The translations under genes were made by a program, and so were the position numbers. Below are positions 1-12,888 of a stretch of DNA of 64,000 nt, piece by piece. Source of the DNA: Phaeosaccion multiseriatum (Eukaryota; Protista; Ochrophyta, other classes). Within the stretch, counting starts at the first letter, position 1, and every line of letters begins with the position of its first letter. Below the pieces are notes generated by a model. That model was not told where the DNA came from. It saw only the letters and a list, made by a program, of their open reading frames with translations, and made no database searches. The stretch is taken from assembly GCA_965112735.1 (NCBI GenBank), contig OZ218957.1, forward strand, positions 310,001 through 374,000, given 5' to 3'.

Positions 1-57
1 ACTGTTCCGACTGAACCGCCGAATACTGCAAGCACCCAACAGCCCTCTTCCAGTTCC

Positions 58-407
58 ATGACCTCGAGCCTTCACAGCCTGCTCCACACAGCCAAGGGGG
101 TTGCAGCCCCCCTCGTCTCCACGGTGGCGGCAGTATCGTACGAGGGCGCCCGGTACACGGGAAGTAGGGCCAAGGACTATGTCACGAACATGGCTGCGGC
201 CTCCTCCGCCCGCCGAGGCTCCTCCGTGCACAACAAAGCCCCGGCTCCTGGTTGGTCGGGGCTTGACACCAGGTACGCCAGTCTCACGGCCTACGAGCGG
301 AAGCTGGTGGCCAATGGCAGCAAGCCCATCACCGAAGAGGGTAAGGCCATGACGGACCAGGACAGCCCTACGGAGAGGGAGAGGGAGAGTCAGACAGCCA
401 CCGGAGA

Positions 408-438
<31 letters not shown>

Positions 439-930
439 ACAGGGTTGAGGGGCGGGGCGGCGGCAGGGGGTGTGTTGGAGGTCAACTGCCCTGCCGCGTC
501 CCACTCTCCCACGGGTAAAGGTGTGGGATTGGTGCAGCCTCTGCAGCTGCCCTACAGCGCCGCGGAGCTTCAAGAGGAGAACTTGGAGGAGGATACGCCG
601 TCCCCAAGGGATGACGAAGAAGAAGAAGCAGCAGCAGCAGGAGGAGGAGGAGGAGCAGGAGCAGGAGCAGCAGGAACAGATGTAGCGGCGGCAGAAAGGG
701 CAGAGGGAGCGACAGCAGTAGCCGTGGTGGAAGGAGGAGGACGAGCAAGTCCTACGCGTGCGGATGAGCCTGAGGTGGACAAGGAGACCATGGAGCTGCT
801 CAAGGCCCTCGCCGCGGAGGGGGACGAGGAGGCAAGCTATCACCTCAGCAGGCGCTTCTGCGCACCGCCCTTCACCGACAGCAAGTCCTGCTTCGCGTGT
901 GGCGCGCACTTCGACCTCACCAGGTGGGTA

Positions 931-990
<60 letters not shown>

Positions 991-3891
991 TTGTGTGTTT
1001 GTGTGTGTATGTGTGTATGTGCGTGTGTGTGTGTGTGTGTGTGCGTGTGTGTGTGTGCGTGTGTGCGTGTGCGTGCTTGTGCGTGCTTGTGCGTGTATGT
1101 GCACTCAAGTTATGACTCCCCCACGTGCCCTGTGCTGCCCTGTGCAGGTACCGGCACCACTGCCGCCACTGCGGAGAGGCGTTTTGCAACCCCCACTCGT
1201 GGTATAAGCACCCCATTCCCAAGTTCGGTCCTAACACTAGGCTGCCGCAGCGCGTGTGCCTGCCCTGCAAGACGCTGCTGGAGCTGGAGGACTGGAGGGA
1301 TAGGAGGTAGGGAAGGAGATGATTGGAGGCATATGGATGGACATGAGTAGAGTATAAGGTGGGACAGGAGAGAGGGAGGGAGGGAGGGAGGCGGGGAGGG
1401 GCGTATACTGCCCTTGTTCTGTTTGCCTCTCTCTACCCTGTGGGCCTCGCATCGCCTTCCACTCTCATTCTCTCTCTTTCTCATTGTATGTCTCTCTCTC
1501 TTGCTCCCTCCCTGCCTTTTTTTCTCTCTTTATTTCTCTCTCTCCCTCATTGCCTATTCTCTCTCTTTTATCTCTCCCTCGTTGTCGCTCTCCTGGCCCA
1601 CTCACTGCCTCTCCCGTCCCCGCGAAACGGCATCGTAACGGTTTTCTGTAACCGTAACCTCAGTGCGTGGCGCTTCGAGCGTCTTGAGGCCTACCGCCGG
1701 GGGGAGCTCATCACCTACCACGAGGACCGCACAGACACCAACTACGACAAGGTACGCTGCCATCTGCTACCATCCTTATCATTTCCTTACTTCGTGTCCT
1801 TGCGATCTGCCGGCCTACTGACTGGAGGGTTAGCGGAAGGAACTCCATCCACTGCCATCCCCCCTCTCCCTGTGTGCGGTCACCGAGTCGGCACAACCTA
1901 TAACCCCGCGAGGGGCTGTGTAGTGTCTTGGTGAAGAGGCTCCCTCAATTGGTGCAGCCTGTCCGTATGCCTCCCACATGCTATGCGTCCCTTACGCCTC
2001 GCGTATTCCTCCTGCATGCATACCATCCATATGCCTTACGTATGCCTCCTGCATGCATACCATCCATATGCCTCCCGTATGCCTCCGGTGGTCCCCAGGC
2101 GTGGCGCTGCATGGACGGGGTCATCGCTGTGGCTCGACACGCACCTCTGTCCAAAGCCGTGGCTGTCTCTGTAGAGGTAGGCTAGGGAAGGGAAGGGAAG
2201 GGAAGGGAAGGGAAGGGAAGGGAAGGGAAGGGAGGGGAAGGGAAGGGAAGGGAAGGGAAGGGAAGGGAAGGGAAGGGTATGGCCAGGGCCTGGGCAAGGG
2301 AGGAGGAGAGGGCTGGGGGCCGCTCACCTCAATCTCGTTGGTGCAGTCTTCTTGTACCTCGTGCTGATGTGACTCACTCCCTCCCTCCCCATCCACTGCC
2401 ATCCCTCCCCCCCCCCTCGGAAGGTGACGGACGTGCTCCGCAAGCACGGCATGAAGGGTGTGGCGGGGCTGCTCCTCAAGCAGGAGATCGTCGAAGCCGT
2501 GGAGATGCTGAAGCTCACCACCTCCATGGAGGAGGCATGGCCCATCAGGTCAGCCTGGATGGCAGTGGATGGGTCAAGCCCATGGCCTCCATGGAGAAGG
2601 CCCTAGAGGGACTGTGTTTGCTTTTGCTGTACTGTGCTCCTCGTGATGGTGTCGGGGCCTTCCGGCGGCCTTCGTCCCTCCTTTCTTCTTCTCCCTCCCT
2701 CCCTCCCTCCGTCTCTTGACCACTCTGCTCTCCTTACCCCTCCTCTTCCTCTCATGCTGTTCTCTACTCTACTCCACCCTGCCCCTGCCCTGCACACCCT
2801 CACATACCTATCTTACGTAACTCCTTACGTAACTCTCCCCCCCTCCTCAGCATGCACGACTTGACGGCTTCGATGTGGTATCTCATGGCCCTACGCCGCG
2901 GAGAGAGGGGCTCCAACCCCGACAAGGAGATGGAGGAGCACGCCCTCACGCAGGAAGAGAGAGGAGAGGGCGGTGAGGCTATTGAGGGCATTGAGGAGGT
3001 GGCAGATGAGGAGCTTGAGGAGTTGCTCCGCCTCGCAGCGCTGCCCCTGCACTTCCTCTACGACAAGACGCCAGTAGAGATACAGGTATGTCAGTGAGTA
3101 AGTCAGAAAGGCACTTGAGATGAAGTCCACTTTTGTCTGTCAGTTGAGTGAGTCAGGCCATGGGTGCGTTGCATGCGTCTTTGTGGCATTGTGGCAGAGC
3201 CAGCACTGCGCTTCCTATATTCGTACCTGGGGGGGCGAGGGTTAGGAGGCAAAGATGTAACTATGTAGAGCGCCACCTTCCTTTTCTCCCTGCACTGTTC
3301 CCTCAGCCTCACTCTCCGCCCCTTGTCACTTGCTCCATTGGCTGCCATCCCTCCCTCCTCCCCTGCTCCATCCCATCCCCTCAGATTTGCGCCACGACTA
3401 TGGGGTGGTCTCTGCTGTTCACCAAGAACGATCAGCTCTCCACCAACGTGCACCAGCCGGCCTTCGCCGTCTTTGCCAAGACAGATACAGTTACAGAGAC
3501 AGTTACAGAAACAGTTACAGAGGGCGATGAGGCTCCCAAGGAGGTCATGAAGGAGGTGAAGAAGGTCAGGAAGGAGGTGTGCCTCGTGATTCGCGGCACG
3601 AGCAGCGTGGAGGACGTGGTCACAGACCTCAAGGTCGGTGCAATGAAATGAAGTCTGGTGTTGAAGTCCTGGCGTTGAAGTCCTGGCTTGCGCGGGAACA
3701 CACGCCACGCCGCCTCCCCCCGCCCCTTCCGCCGTCCTTTTCCCTCTCCACGTCTCTGTGCCCTCTCTCTTCTCTAGTAGGGCTGCAAAATGCTGTATCT
3801 CTTGCCCGATCCCACACACGGAGAGCACAGGCATGATCTTGTGATTCTCAGTCTCCCTCCCTCCCTCCTCCTCTCTTCACGCACGCACACA

Positions 3892-3932
<41 letters not shown>

Positions 3933-3933
3933 T

Positions 3934-3964
<31 letters not shown>

Positions 3965-4781
3965 CATTCCCGTGCCGTTCCCCACCACGAGCGGTAAGGA
4001 GGACGGGCCAGCGGGGTTCAAGAAGAAGGCCAAGGGAGGGGGGGGAGATGGAGAGGGGGGAGTGGGGAACTCTGACAGCAGCGACTCGGATGCCGTCCAC
4101 ATCGATTCGGAGACCCTCGCGAGCTACGGAATGGCCAAGGCGGCCGAGTGGTTGCAGCGGGAGGTCGAGCCGCACTTGGGTGAGAAATTGGGTGTCTTGG
4201 GTGAGAAATTGGGTGTCTTGGGTGAGAAATTGGGTGTCTTTCTCGACCCTCAACCCCAAGCAAGCCCCCCCGCCCTTACCCCTCCGTTCCCCGTTCCGTT
4301 CCCTTGGCCTAAACAATACCCCATACGCCCCTGTACCAAACAATTGCACGCAGAGGAGCTGTTCCGCGACGGTCACTCCATCACCATCCTGGGGCACTCC
4401 TTGGGCGGGGGCGTGGCGGCCCTGCTTGGGCATCTGTTGGAGCGTAAGCACCCCAAGTTGCCCGTCAAGGTGTACGCCTTCGCCTCCCCGGCGTGCGCGG
4501 ACTGGCGACTGGCCTCCTCTCTGGATTCGAACGTGACCAGCGTGGTGCTTCACGACGACCTCATCCCACGCATCACCCCCACGGCCATCCGGGGCTTGCT
4601 CAAGGACCTGCTGGCAGAGAAGGCAAGCTGGGTGGGGCACCTCAACGTAAGTCGCCTTTTCACCTTTCTTTTGTTGCTGGTTGCTGGTTTGCCTGCGTGC
4701 GTGCTGGCTTCTTGCCATCTCCGTCCCGTCCTCCTTCTTTGTCTCCCGCCCTCCTGCCCTCCCTCCCTCGCTGCCTCTCTC

Positions 4782-4812
<31 letters not shown>

Positions 4813-4907
4813 GCCTCTCTCTCTCTCTCTCTCTTGCTCTCTCTCTTTCTCTCTCTCTCTCTTGCTCTCTTACTCTCTCTCTCTGCCTCTCTCTCTCTCT
4901 CTCTCTT

Positions 4908-4940
<33 letters not shown>

Positions 4941-7044
4941 CTCTCTTACTCTCTCTGTCTGTCTCTGTCTCTCTTCTGCCTCTCTTCTTGTGTCCCTCCC
5001 CGTCCTTTTCTCTCCTCAACTCCACCCAGACTGATTTGGACTGCTTTCTGGGCCGAGTGAAGGGGTTTTGGGCCCCCCGATTCCGCACCAACCGCGCCGC
5101 CATCACCGCGGGCAGCGCAGACGAACTGAAGCTGATAGAGCCAGCAGAGGCAGCGGCAGAGGCAGGGGCAGGAGCAGGTGCAGTCGTGCCCTCCTCAAGC
5201 AGCGACAGCAAGAGCAGCAAGAGGTCCGAGGTGTCAGGACCTTCGAGCCGATTCCGCGTCGTCGATGTGGGGGCGGTAGCGAGCCGCTTGTCGCAATTCG
5301 TGGACGATGGCAGCGATAAGCTGCGCGAGAAGGTGGGTCGCGGGGTGTGAAATATATTGACTTAATGACTTAATAGGAATCACCTAATAAACTGAAACTG
5401 GTCGCGGGGGGGCTGGCGATACCCAAGCAGGAGCACTCGTGGGGAGCAGGGCCGGAAAGCCAGCCTATCGAGTGCTTTGGATCTTACAGATGGCTTGTTG
5501 TTGTTAATGTTGTTTTTGTTGTTGTTGCTGTTCTGTGCTTGCGTTGGCTGCTGCTCCTTCCTCCCTTGAAGATCGTGCGAAGCGTGGAGGGGCAGCCAGC
5601 GGCAGCGGCGGCGGAGGCGGCATCTACGGAAGGAAAAGGCGACGGCATCGACGGACAAGGAGTCAAGCTGCCGCCCATCGCAGCAGCAGTGCCTGCGGAG
5701 GAGGGAGATGGAGAGCCAGGGGCCATGCCTGTGGCTGTGGCGCTCCTTCCCAACCCCGAGGGGGGTGGTCCCGAGGGGGACAATCGCTCTGAGCAGAGGG
5801 TCGAGATGCTGGTGCACCAGATGGAGGACCTGCGGGGTGGAGGTGAGTGGGGCGGGCAGACACCCAACTTGAGGTATTGCCCAGAGGGGTCGACTTTTAA
5901 GGGCGTGAGTGGGGGTTGCGAGAACACCAAGTGCGGGTGTCTGCTGCTACTGTGTCACCAGCTGCTGCGCTGCTACTGAAGCTGCTGCTGCTGCTGCTGC
6001 TGCTGCTGCCGCACAAAGGGAGGTTGTTGCACGAGCTGCCATCTTTCTCTCCTAGACTGGCCTGTCTGCACCACTGCTCAATCGAAGGGGACCTTGAAGA
6101 GCGCGCAAGTGTCTTGTGCTCACACGGCACTGTAACACTCGTGTCGCCCTCTGACTGGAACGCGTGCTTTCCCCGCAGGGCTACAAGGAGGAGAGCCAAG
6201 CGACCAGGAGGGGCAGCAGGCCAACAAGGACAAGCAAGAGGAGGGGGAGGAGGACCTGGAGCAGGTGGGTGAGGAGGAGGGAAGGTACCTGCCCGAGCTC
6301 TACCTATGCGGCAAGGTCATCCACATCTTCTCGCACCACGGGGTGTACCACGCCCGGAAGGTGCCTCGCGACCACCCCTCCCTGCGGCGCATCGAGATGT
6401 ACGGCAACATGATCCCTGACCACACCGCTAAGAGCATGTTCGAGGCGTTGCTAGAGGTAAGAGAGGTCCGCAGGGCCGAGCGCAAGCCCGTGCCGTGGAC
6501 GAGCTACGCCGCGAGCTCTGTGTGTCAGTGCTGCGGCTCGGACTTCACGTGGGCGTCCACCAGTTCCAGCAAGGCGCAGCAGGCCAGGGACCAGCACAAT
6601 TGCAGGTACATACATACATGCAACATACATACATACATACATACATACATACATACATACATACATACATACATACATACATACATACATACATACACAT
6701 ATGCATACATACATACATACATACATACATACATACGTACATACATACATACATACATACATACACACACATGTATGCGGTGTGTGTGACTGGGGAAAGC
6801 CTGGCCCACGCCCTGTGTGCGCTCCTTGGTGTTGCGACTGAGCGCTGCTGTCCTTCTCCCCGCCGCTGACTTAAGTCTCCCCCCGCTCCCGTTGCCTTAC
6901 TACCTCCTCCTCTGCGTGGTCAGGAACTGCGGAATCTTGGTGTGCCAGGCGTGCTCTACTCGAACTCGCGCTCTGCCATCTATTGGCCTCACGGAGCCCT
7001 CTCGCATCTGCGATCGGTGCTTCTTCCAGGGCAGTGCGCGCTGA
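58..7044 (+). CDS. Multi-exon FYVE - class 3 lipase (DAG-lipase-like) - FYVE protein (~13 exons)
   Basis: Spliced reading: N-terminal FYVE (SCFACGAHFDLTR|YRHHCRHCGEAFC...RVCLPC), lipase motifs VCLVIRGTSSVEDVVTDL, GHSLGGG and VVLHDDLIPR, C-terminal FYVE (VCQCCGSDF...HNCR|NCGILVCQACS...RICDRC), stop at 7044. GT-AG introns; the start could lie upstream of the window. Confidence 0.85.
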
Positions 7045-7870
7045 TGGGCGTAGAGGGCGCGATGGGTGAGGTGTCGCCGTCTTGAAGGGCGCCCTGTGTA
7101 TTGGCTCTTGTTTCGCACTCAGTGGGAGCGTTCGTGAGCATGGCGCCAGGGCCAGAGGGTCAGCGGTAAGGGGGGAGGAAGGAAACAGTGGGTGGATGGC
7201 AGCGGATGGCCGCACCGAGAGAAGGAGTGCCCAGTCTGCTGGGGAGAGCTTGTTCATCGCTCCAACAGATCCCTTTCCAAGTTTTGGGGGTTTTGATCTG
7301 CCGATGGATTCGCCTTGGCAGCAGAGACATGAGGAGTGAGCAGCATCATACCGAAACCGAACTTGTAAACCGAACATGTACATACGTAAGTGTATTCTGT
7401 GTATTTTCGAGGCTGAGCGGCTGAGCGGTACAGCCGCTTAGCCCCGTCTTCCCATTCCGCTGCTCCTGCCTGCCTGCCTCCCTCCCTCCCTCCCTCCCTC
7501 CCCCCCTCCCTCCTCCCTCCTTCCTGATCACTGCTGCACGGCCCCCTCCCTGACGCTCCCCCTCCCCACACCCCTCTCTTCTCACTCGCACTCGATGTGC
7601 CCTCTCCCTCTGCTCTCCTCTCTTCTGTTATCAGATCACCTCTCCCTCTGCTCTCCTCTCTTCTGTTATCAGATCACCTCTCCCTCTGCTCTCCTCTCTT
7701 CTGTTATCAGATCACCTCTGCCGTCCCTCGTACCCTACCGCCTCTCTTCTCTCTCTTTCTTTCTCTCTCTCTGCGTGTGTATCTCTCCTTCAAGCGAGAG
7801 CATACCTTGCCGCAACGAGCGTCCCTCTCACACACGCCCACGCCTGCCTTTGCTCCGTACGGCCCCTTCT

Positions 7871-9007
7871 TCAGTCCTGGCAGTTGCAGGGGTGTCCATT
7901 GGCGTGCACCCACTGCTTTATCTCCTCGAAGGCTTCGTCACTGATGTCCCAGCTACGGTCGCCAAAGAATTCATCCTCTCTGTCCCTGATGACCTGTGGG
8001 CACGACGTTTCGTCCCACGGGCACTGCACTGCCTCTGACCGGAGCCACTTGAGTGTTGCCAGGCTCTTTGCCAGTACGACTGAACTTTGACAGACTTCCG
8101 CATCCCAGCGGCAGAAGCGGCGGGCTTCTGTGTGGAGGAGCTGCAGCACCCCAAGGCGTCCCTTACCAGCAGCGAAGTAAGGCCCATCGCGCCACAATCC
8201 GCCGGCATCCTGTTCCAGCCAGCTTCTCGTGAGATAGTGATTGAGCAGGTATTCCACGACGGGAACAGACCCCCCTTCACAAGCCCTATTCCAATCGGTG
8301 CCGTTGAATGGAGCACACCCCGCTTCTTCCGCAAGCAGCCACTCCAGTATCTGTAGATTCCCTACTTGTACGGTCTCTCCCGAAATACCGTAGGGAAGTT
8401 TCTTCCCGCGAGTGTGGTTGGTTTGCCATTGGAGAATGCTCAAGCCATGCTGCTTGTTTTCTAGCGCCGCACTAATCACAGGATAATCCCAGGGACAGTT
8501 CTTATAATTGAGAACCCTGCAAACTGCGACATCACCGTGCCTAGCGGCGAGTATGAAGACGTTCACAGAGAGCTCCAGGCCCCTTCTAATTGCCCACCTC
8601 ACGCACCACACAGAGCTGACCACAGACACCAAGGATGTAGTCAAGGCTGGGTACAAAAGGGTGTAGAGGGTCCTCCATTTCCTACTCGTACCCCCCACAA
8701 AGAGGAAGTGCCCAGCTCCCACGTATCCCAGCACGGCGCGGAGCAGCTTGGTTTTCGCCAAGGCCTCGTGACAAGCTGCAAAGAGGCCCGTCCCTCCTCC
8801 GTCGGATACGGACCCTTCATCTTCGCTATCTTCGCTGGATCTGGATTCAGTATAGGGTTCAGAGGCCGAGGAAGCTGTGTCATCCTCAGAGGCCGAGGAA
8901 GCTGTGTCTTCCTCAAACCTCCACTGGTTGGCCCTCATAATATACATAAAATTGTCCCATGTGTCCTCCTCGTCTTGTGCCCCTCTCTTGCGCGTGGTGT
9001 GTTGCAT
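7871..9007 (-). CDS. Intronless ankyrin-repeat-like protein, paralog A
   Basis: Single ORF with degenerate repeats AARHGDVAVC...CPWD, GNLQILEWL, AAGKGRLGVLQLLH, TLKWLRSEAVQCPWDE; first ATG at 9007; paralog of 57502-58518. Confidence 0.75.
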   Translation of the reverse strand: MQHTTRKRGAQDEEDTWDNFMYIMRANQWRFEEDTASSASEDDTASSASEPYTESRSSEDSEDEGSVSDGGGTGLFAACHEALAKTKLLRAVLGYVGAGHFLFVGGTSRKWRTLYTLLYPALTTSLVSVVSSVWCVRWAIRRGLELSVNVFILAARHGDVAVCRVLNYKNCPWDYPVISAALENKQHGLSILQWQTNHTRGKKLPYGISGETVQVGNLQILEWLLAEEAGCAPFNGTDWNRACEGGSVPVVEYLLNHYLTRSWLEQDAGGLWRDGPYFAAGKGRLGVLQLLHTEARRFCRWDAEVCQSSVVLAKSLATLKWLRSEAVQCPWDETSCPQVIRDREDEFFGDRSWDISDEAFEEIKQWVHANGHPCNCQD

Positions 9008-9280
9008 GACAGAGGAATCGATATGCTCACGCAAGGAGCCCCGTGGGAGGCGAATAGATCAGCAGCGGTCACAGCAGCCGAGGTGGGAAGCTGAGGGACA
9101 AGTTCAAAAATAAAAATAAAATATCGAGAAGCTCTATTTTCGTTTCGAAGGAATAGATATCACACCCATCTGTGACACCCGTGGACACAACACACGAGCT
9201 CCCTGGGCCTGCTGCTGCTTGTTCAGCACCATCAAACATTTTTTAATTAAAAAGGTGGCGGCGTATTGCACAAGAAGAGA

Positions 9281-10567
9281 ATGGAGAAAGGTGAGGACGC
9301 ACAGGGCTGGGTGGGGCCCTTGCTGGTGGGGCTGGCCGGGATCCTCTCGCTCGCAGTGCTGATCCACTCCTCCCGGGCAAGCGGTGAGGGCGGCGGCAGC
9401 AGGGGAGCGGGGGGAGGAAAGAAGAAGGGGGAGAGTAGCGGAATGGGATTGCGCTCGATGATGCAGCAAAAGCAGGCGCAGCAGGCATGGCAACAGCAAC
9501 AGCAGCAGCAGCAGCAGCAGAAGCAGAAGCAAGAGGAATGGTCTGATGACGATGATGACGATGGCGAGGGCGAAGCTCTCAGCAAAGACCACAGCAAGTG
9601 GGAGAGGAGCAAGAAACTGGGGAAAATGGGCTACTACTACGCCCACCACGACACGCTGAGCGACAACATACAGAGCCACGAGTACGAGGTGAGCTCGCCA
9701 AGAGTGGGGGGTGGAGGGGGCTGTCCCTGTTGCGTTGGTGCAACTGCTGATACCCATTGTTGCCGCTCTCCCTGCCGTCTCATGTTGTCTGCGCCTGACC
9801 TCACATTCGGTGGTCACAGATGGAGAAGCCCAAGCTTCTGAAGAAGGAAGGGGCGGGGGCGGGGCACAAGCGGCCGAGGCCGAGGGTGAAGATCACGAGC
9901 TACTCCTGGGAGGACGCAGGGGACACAGTAAAGTAAGTAAGAGGTCTGCTGTCTGTGGGGCGAAGGGTGTTAAAGTCAGAGGGTGATGCTACTATCTTCG
10001 GTCGTGACAAGTTTGCGGCTTGTGCATGGGGTCTACAGCGCGGTGTGGTTGGCAGGCTGTGTTGGCAAGCTGTGCCTGACGCTGCAGCAAGGGTGCAAGA
10101 CCTCTACGGCTCTCGCTTCTGCCCGGCGGACGTGCTGCTCCGTCCGACTGCCCTCCCTCCCTCCCTCGCTTCAAACTTTGAATGTGGGCAGCGCTTGCTG
10201 CGCTGCTGTTCTGTGCTGCACGTGCAAGACATGAATCCAACCCCCGCCTCCCCCCCTCCTCGCCCCTGCCCCGCTTGTTCTGTGGTGCAGAATCTCCTTC
10301 CGTGACTCCGCCTTCCCCGAGGGGTGGGCCTGGGCATCGCTGACAGCCGCTCACGTGAGCACCTCCTGGCAGCCGGGCAGCGTCAGCCTCACTGTGCAGG
10401 GTAGCGCGGCGGGGCCGGGCTGGGCAGAGAAGGATCTCGGCTTTGATGTAGATGCTCTCTTTGGCGCCATAGGAGGGGCCGAAGTGGTGCTCAAGAAGAA
10501 GCGCCTCGAGCTCGTGCTCAGCAAGGCCAACAGGGGGGGGGGGGCGTGGAGCAAGCTGGCCAAGTGA
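9281..10567 (+). CDS. N-terminally membrane-anchored CS (p23/CacyBP-like) domain protein, 3 exons
   Basis: Hydrophobic segment LLVGLAGILSLAVLI, GYYYAH, then KITSYSWEDAGDTVK|I...LFGAIGGAEVVLKKKRLELVLSKA...WSKL, typical of the CS-domain consensus. Confidence 0.65.
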
Positions 10568-11214
10568 CAGGCGTGATGATACCATGTAATGCAATACAGC
10601 AGGGCTACAGCACGGCTACTGCCACATCCAGATGCACATGTGGTCTAATATTCTTTCTCATTCTATGCATGGGCGGGCGCCGCTTTGCAGTCCCGGAAAG
10701 AGCAAGGCAGAGCCAAGGGAGGGGGGGGGGGGGGGCAGTAGGCAGGAGGGGGAGGAGACTGGGGGTGGGTGGGTGGCAATGGATGGGGGGGGGGGGGCAG
10801 CGGAACATTCTCCCGGGCAGGAAGGCAGTAAGGCAAGGAAACCATCCGCTTCCCACGCAGGTCGTCTCCCTCCTCCCCTGTACGCGCTCCCACCCTCACC
10901 CCCTCGGCCTTCCACCAGATGAGCGCAACTCCCACACTGCCATGCCCTGCCCTGTATCACCAACTGCCGTGCTCTGCTCCGCTCTGCCCTGCCCTGCCCT
11001 GCCCTTGCCCAAGTGAGTCCGTCCGTCAATTCCGCCGACTGCCAAGGCGCCAAGCCAAGGCACCAGGCCCAAACCGCCTCCCTCCGCCAGGACTCCGAGC
11101 TCGTATGTACTAGGACTTGAGCCTTCCTCGAGCTACTAATGCGCTATTGATGCTGGTGCTGGTGCTGATGCTGGCAAGGGGCTGTATTTGACCGCCAACA
11201 GTCCTGACTCGCCT

Positions 11215-12290
11215 TTATGCTCCATGCAAGAAACGGCCCTGCCCCGCCCTGCCCGTGGACCAAAGGGGCCCAAGGGCAAACAGGCCCTTCACGTGCACAG
11301 CTCTTTGATCAGGTACTTGGCGTACTTGTTCAAAGAGCTGGGCATGGATGGCCTGCTTCCCCTTGGGTCCCCTTGGTCCACGGGCCTCGCGCAGGAACAA
11401 GAGGCTTGTGGCCACGGCTGCCCGCAGGGCATTGGCGGGAAAGCTCTCTTTGTTGACCTTGGACTCGAGGACCTGGGCGTGAGCGAGGAAGCCAGACAGG
11501 GGGATGGATGTAAGCCACACCAGGCAGCCAGTGAGCAGAAGCAAGAAAGAAAACAAGACTGACTGGCTGCTGGCTGGCAGTGAGCAGAAGCAAGAAAGAA
11601 AACAAGACTGACTGGCTGCTGGCTGGCAGTGAGCAGAAGCAAGAAAGAAAACAAGACTGACTGGCTGCTGGCTGGCTGGCTGTCTCTCACCTTGGCCACT
11701 TTTGGGGCGGAGTACAGTGCGTTTCGCAGCATGGCAAACAAACTTCCATCGGGTACCACCAGAAACCTGAAGAGACAGATGGACTTGCCCGTTTCTTCAG
11801 TGCGCTAAACAAGACGCTCCCACAGCGTCACCTCCTTTTTGGGTTAGGAGGGGGGGGGGGCTTGCTGCGGTTGCTGTCGCTCCCGCTTCCGGCGTACGTG
11901 CCCTTGTTGACCTCGTCCAAGTGGTCGTTGAGGAGCTGCCTTTCCGCCTCCGTCTTGACCTTGGAGAGCACGTGGACCTGGCCTTGGTCATGGGCGTCTG
12001 CGGCGGTTGCCCCAGGGCACACGGCCTCCGCAAACGCATTGAACTCGGCGTGAGTCCCCGAGCAGAACCGAAAGGTGTCCGATCCAGGCCTGCCGTTGGC
12101 GAGCATCCCCCGGGCTTGTGGGCCATCCACAGAGTCTTGGGCCTCCCTCTCGCCCCACTCCTCGTTGTCCTTGGTACAGACTTTGATGCGCTCCTTGCAG
12201 TCGGAGCAGGTGATCCACCACAGAGTCCTGCAGTTCTCAGGGATGAGTCACCTTCTGCCCACCACATGTGTGTACTTCCTCCATCTAAGG
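11215..12290 (-). pseudogene. Fragmented coding-like sequence of unknown function (possible pseudogene or TE remnant)
   Basis: Protein-like segments (RR*LIPENCRTLWWITCSDCKERIKVC...; VPDGSLFAMLRNALYSAPKVAK; GFLAHAQVLESKVNK...) with an in-frame TGA and a ~49-bp x3 tandem repeat in a putative intron. Confidence 0.25.
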
Positions 12291-12888
12291 CAAGTCGCCA
12301 GCCTGTTGCCGAGAGCGGACCCCCCTGCTGTCCTCCCCTCACAGAGGGTAGAGGCTCTCACTGAGACTTACTCAGAGGCAAGAGCAGCACACGCCCTCCA
12401 CAGGTACTGAGACAGCGAGCGAACCCCTCTTACGCCTCGAGGCATCAACAGAGAGAAAACCCCCGCCCCCGCCCCCACGGGCACCCCCCTGTCGCTGTCC
12501 TGCAGCTCCAGCTCCAGCCCTAGCCCTCAACAAAAGAGGTGGCTCTCAACAAGCCCTGGTGCCTCTTTCGTCTCGCCGTCTTGCCTCGGCGCAGGGGAAG
12601 GGGGAGGGGACGACGCCTTACCGCCCATCACGGGGGCAACAGGCAATTAGTACCCTTCGTGAGGAGCCCTCTTGCCTTCCCTTCCCCGGCGCGGGAAGGG
12701 GCGGCGGCCAGTAGACCCAGAGATACGTCGACATTCAGAGTCGCCGTCGACATTCAGAGTCGCCGTCGACATTCAGTCCCGATGCCCTCAGTCCCTCAGG
12801 GCCTTCCTTCCCTGCTGCCCACTGCCCCGCCCACAACGACGCCCCCACCCACACCCTCGCCGCCGCCCACGCACACGCCCACGCCCCG

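Noticed and set aside
924-1147. ORFs with VCVC/THTH/SLSL/YIHT runs throughout the ORF track (e.g. 37643-38458, 13883-14602, 22514-23179)
   Set aside because: Translations of intronic or intergenic microsatellites, not proteins.
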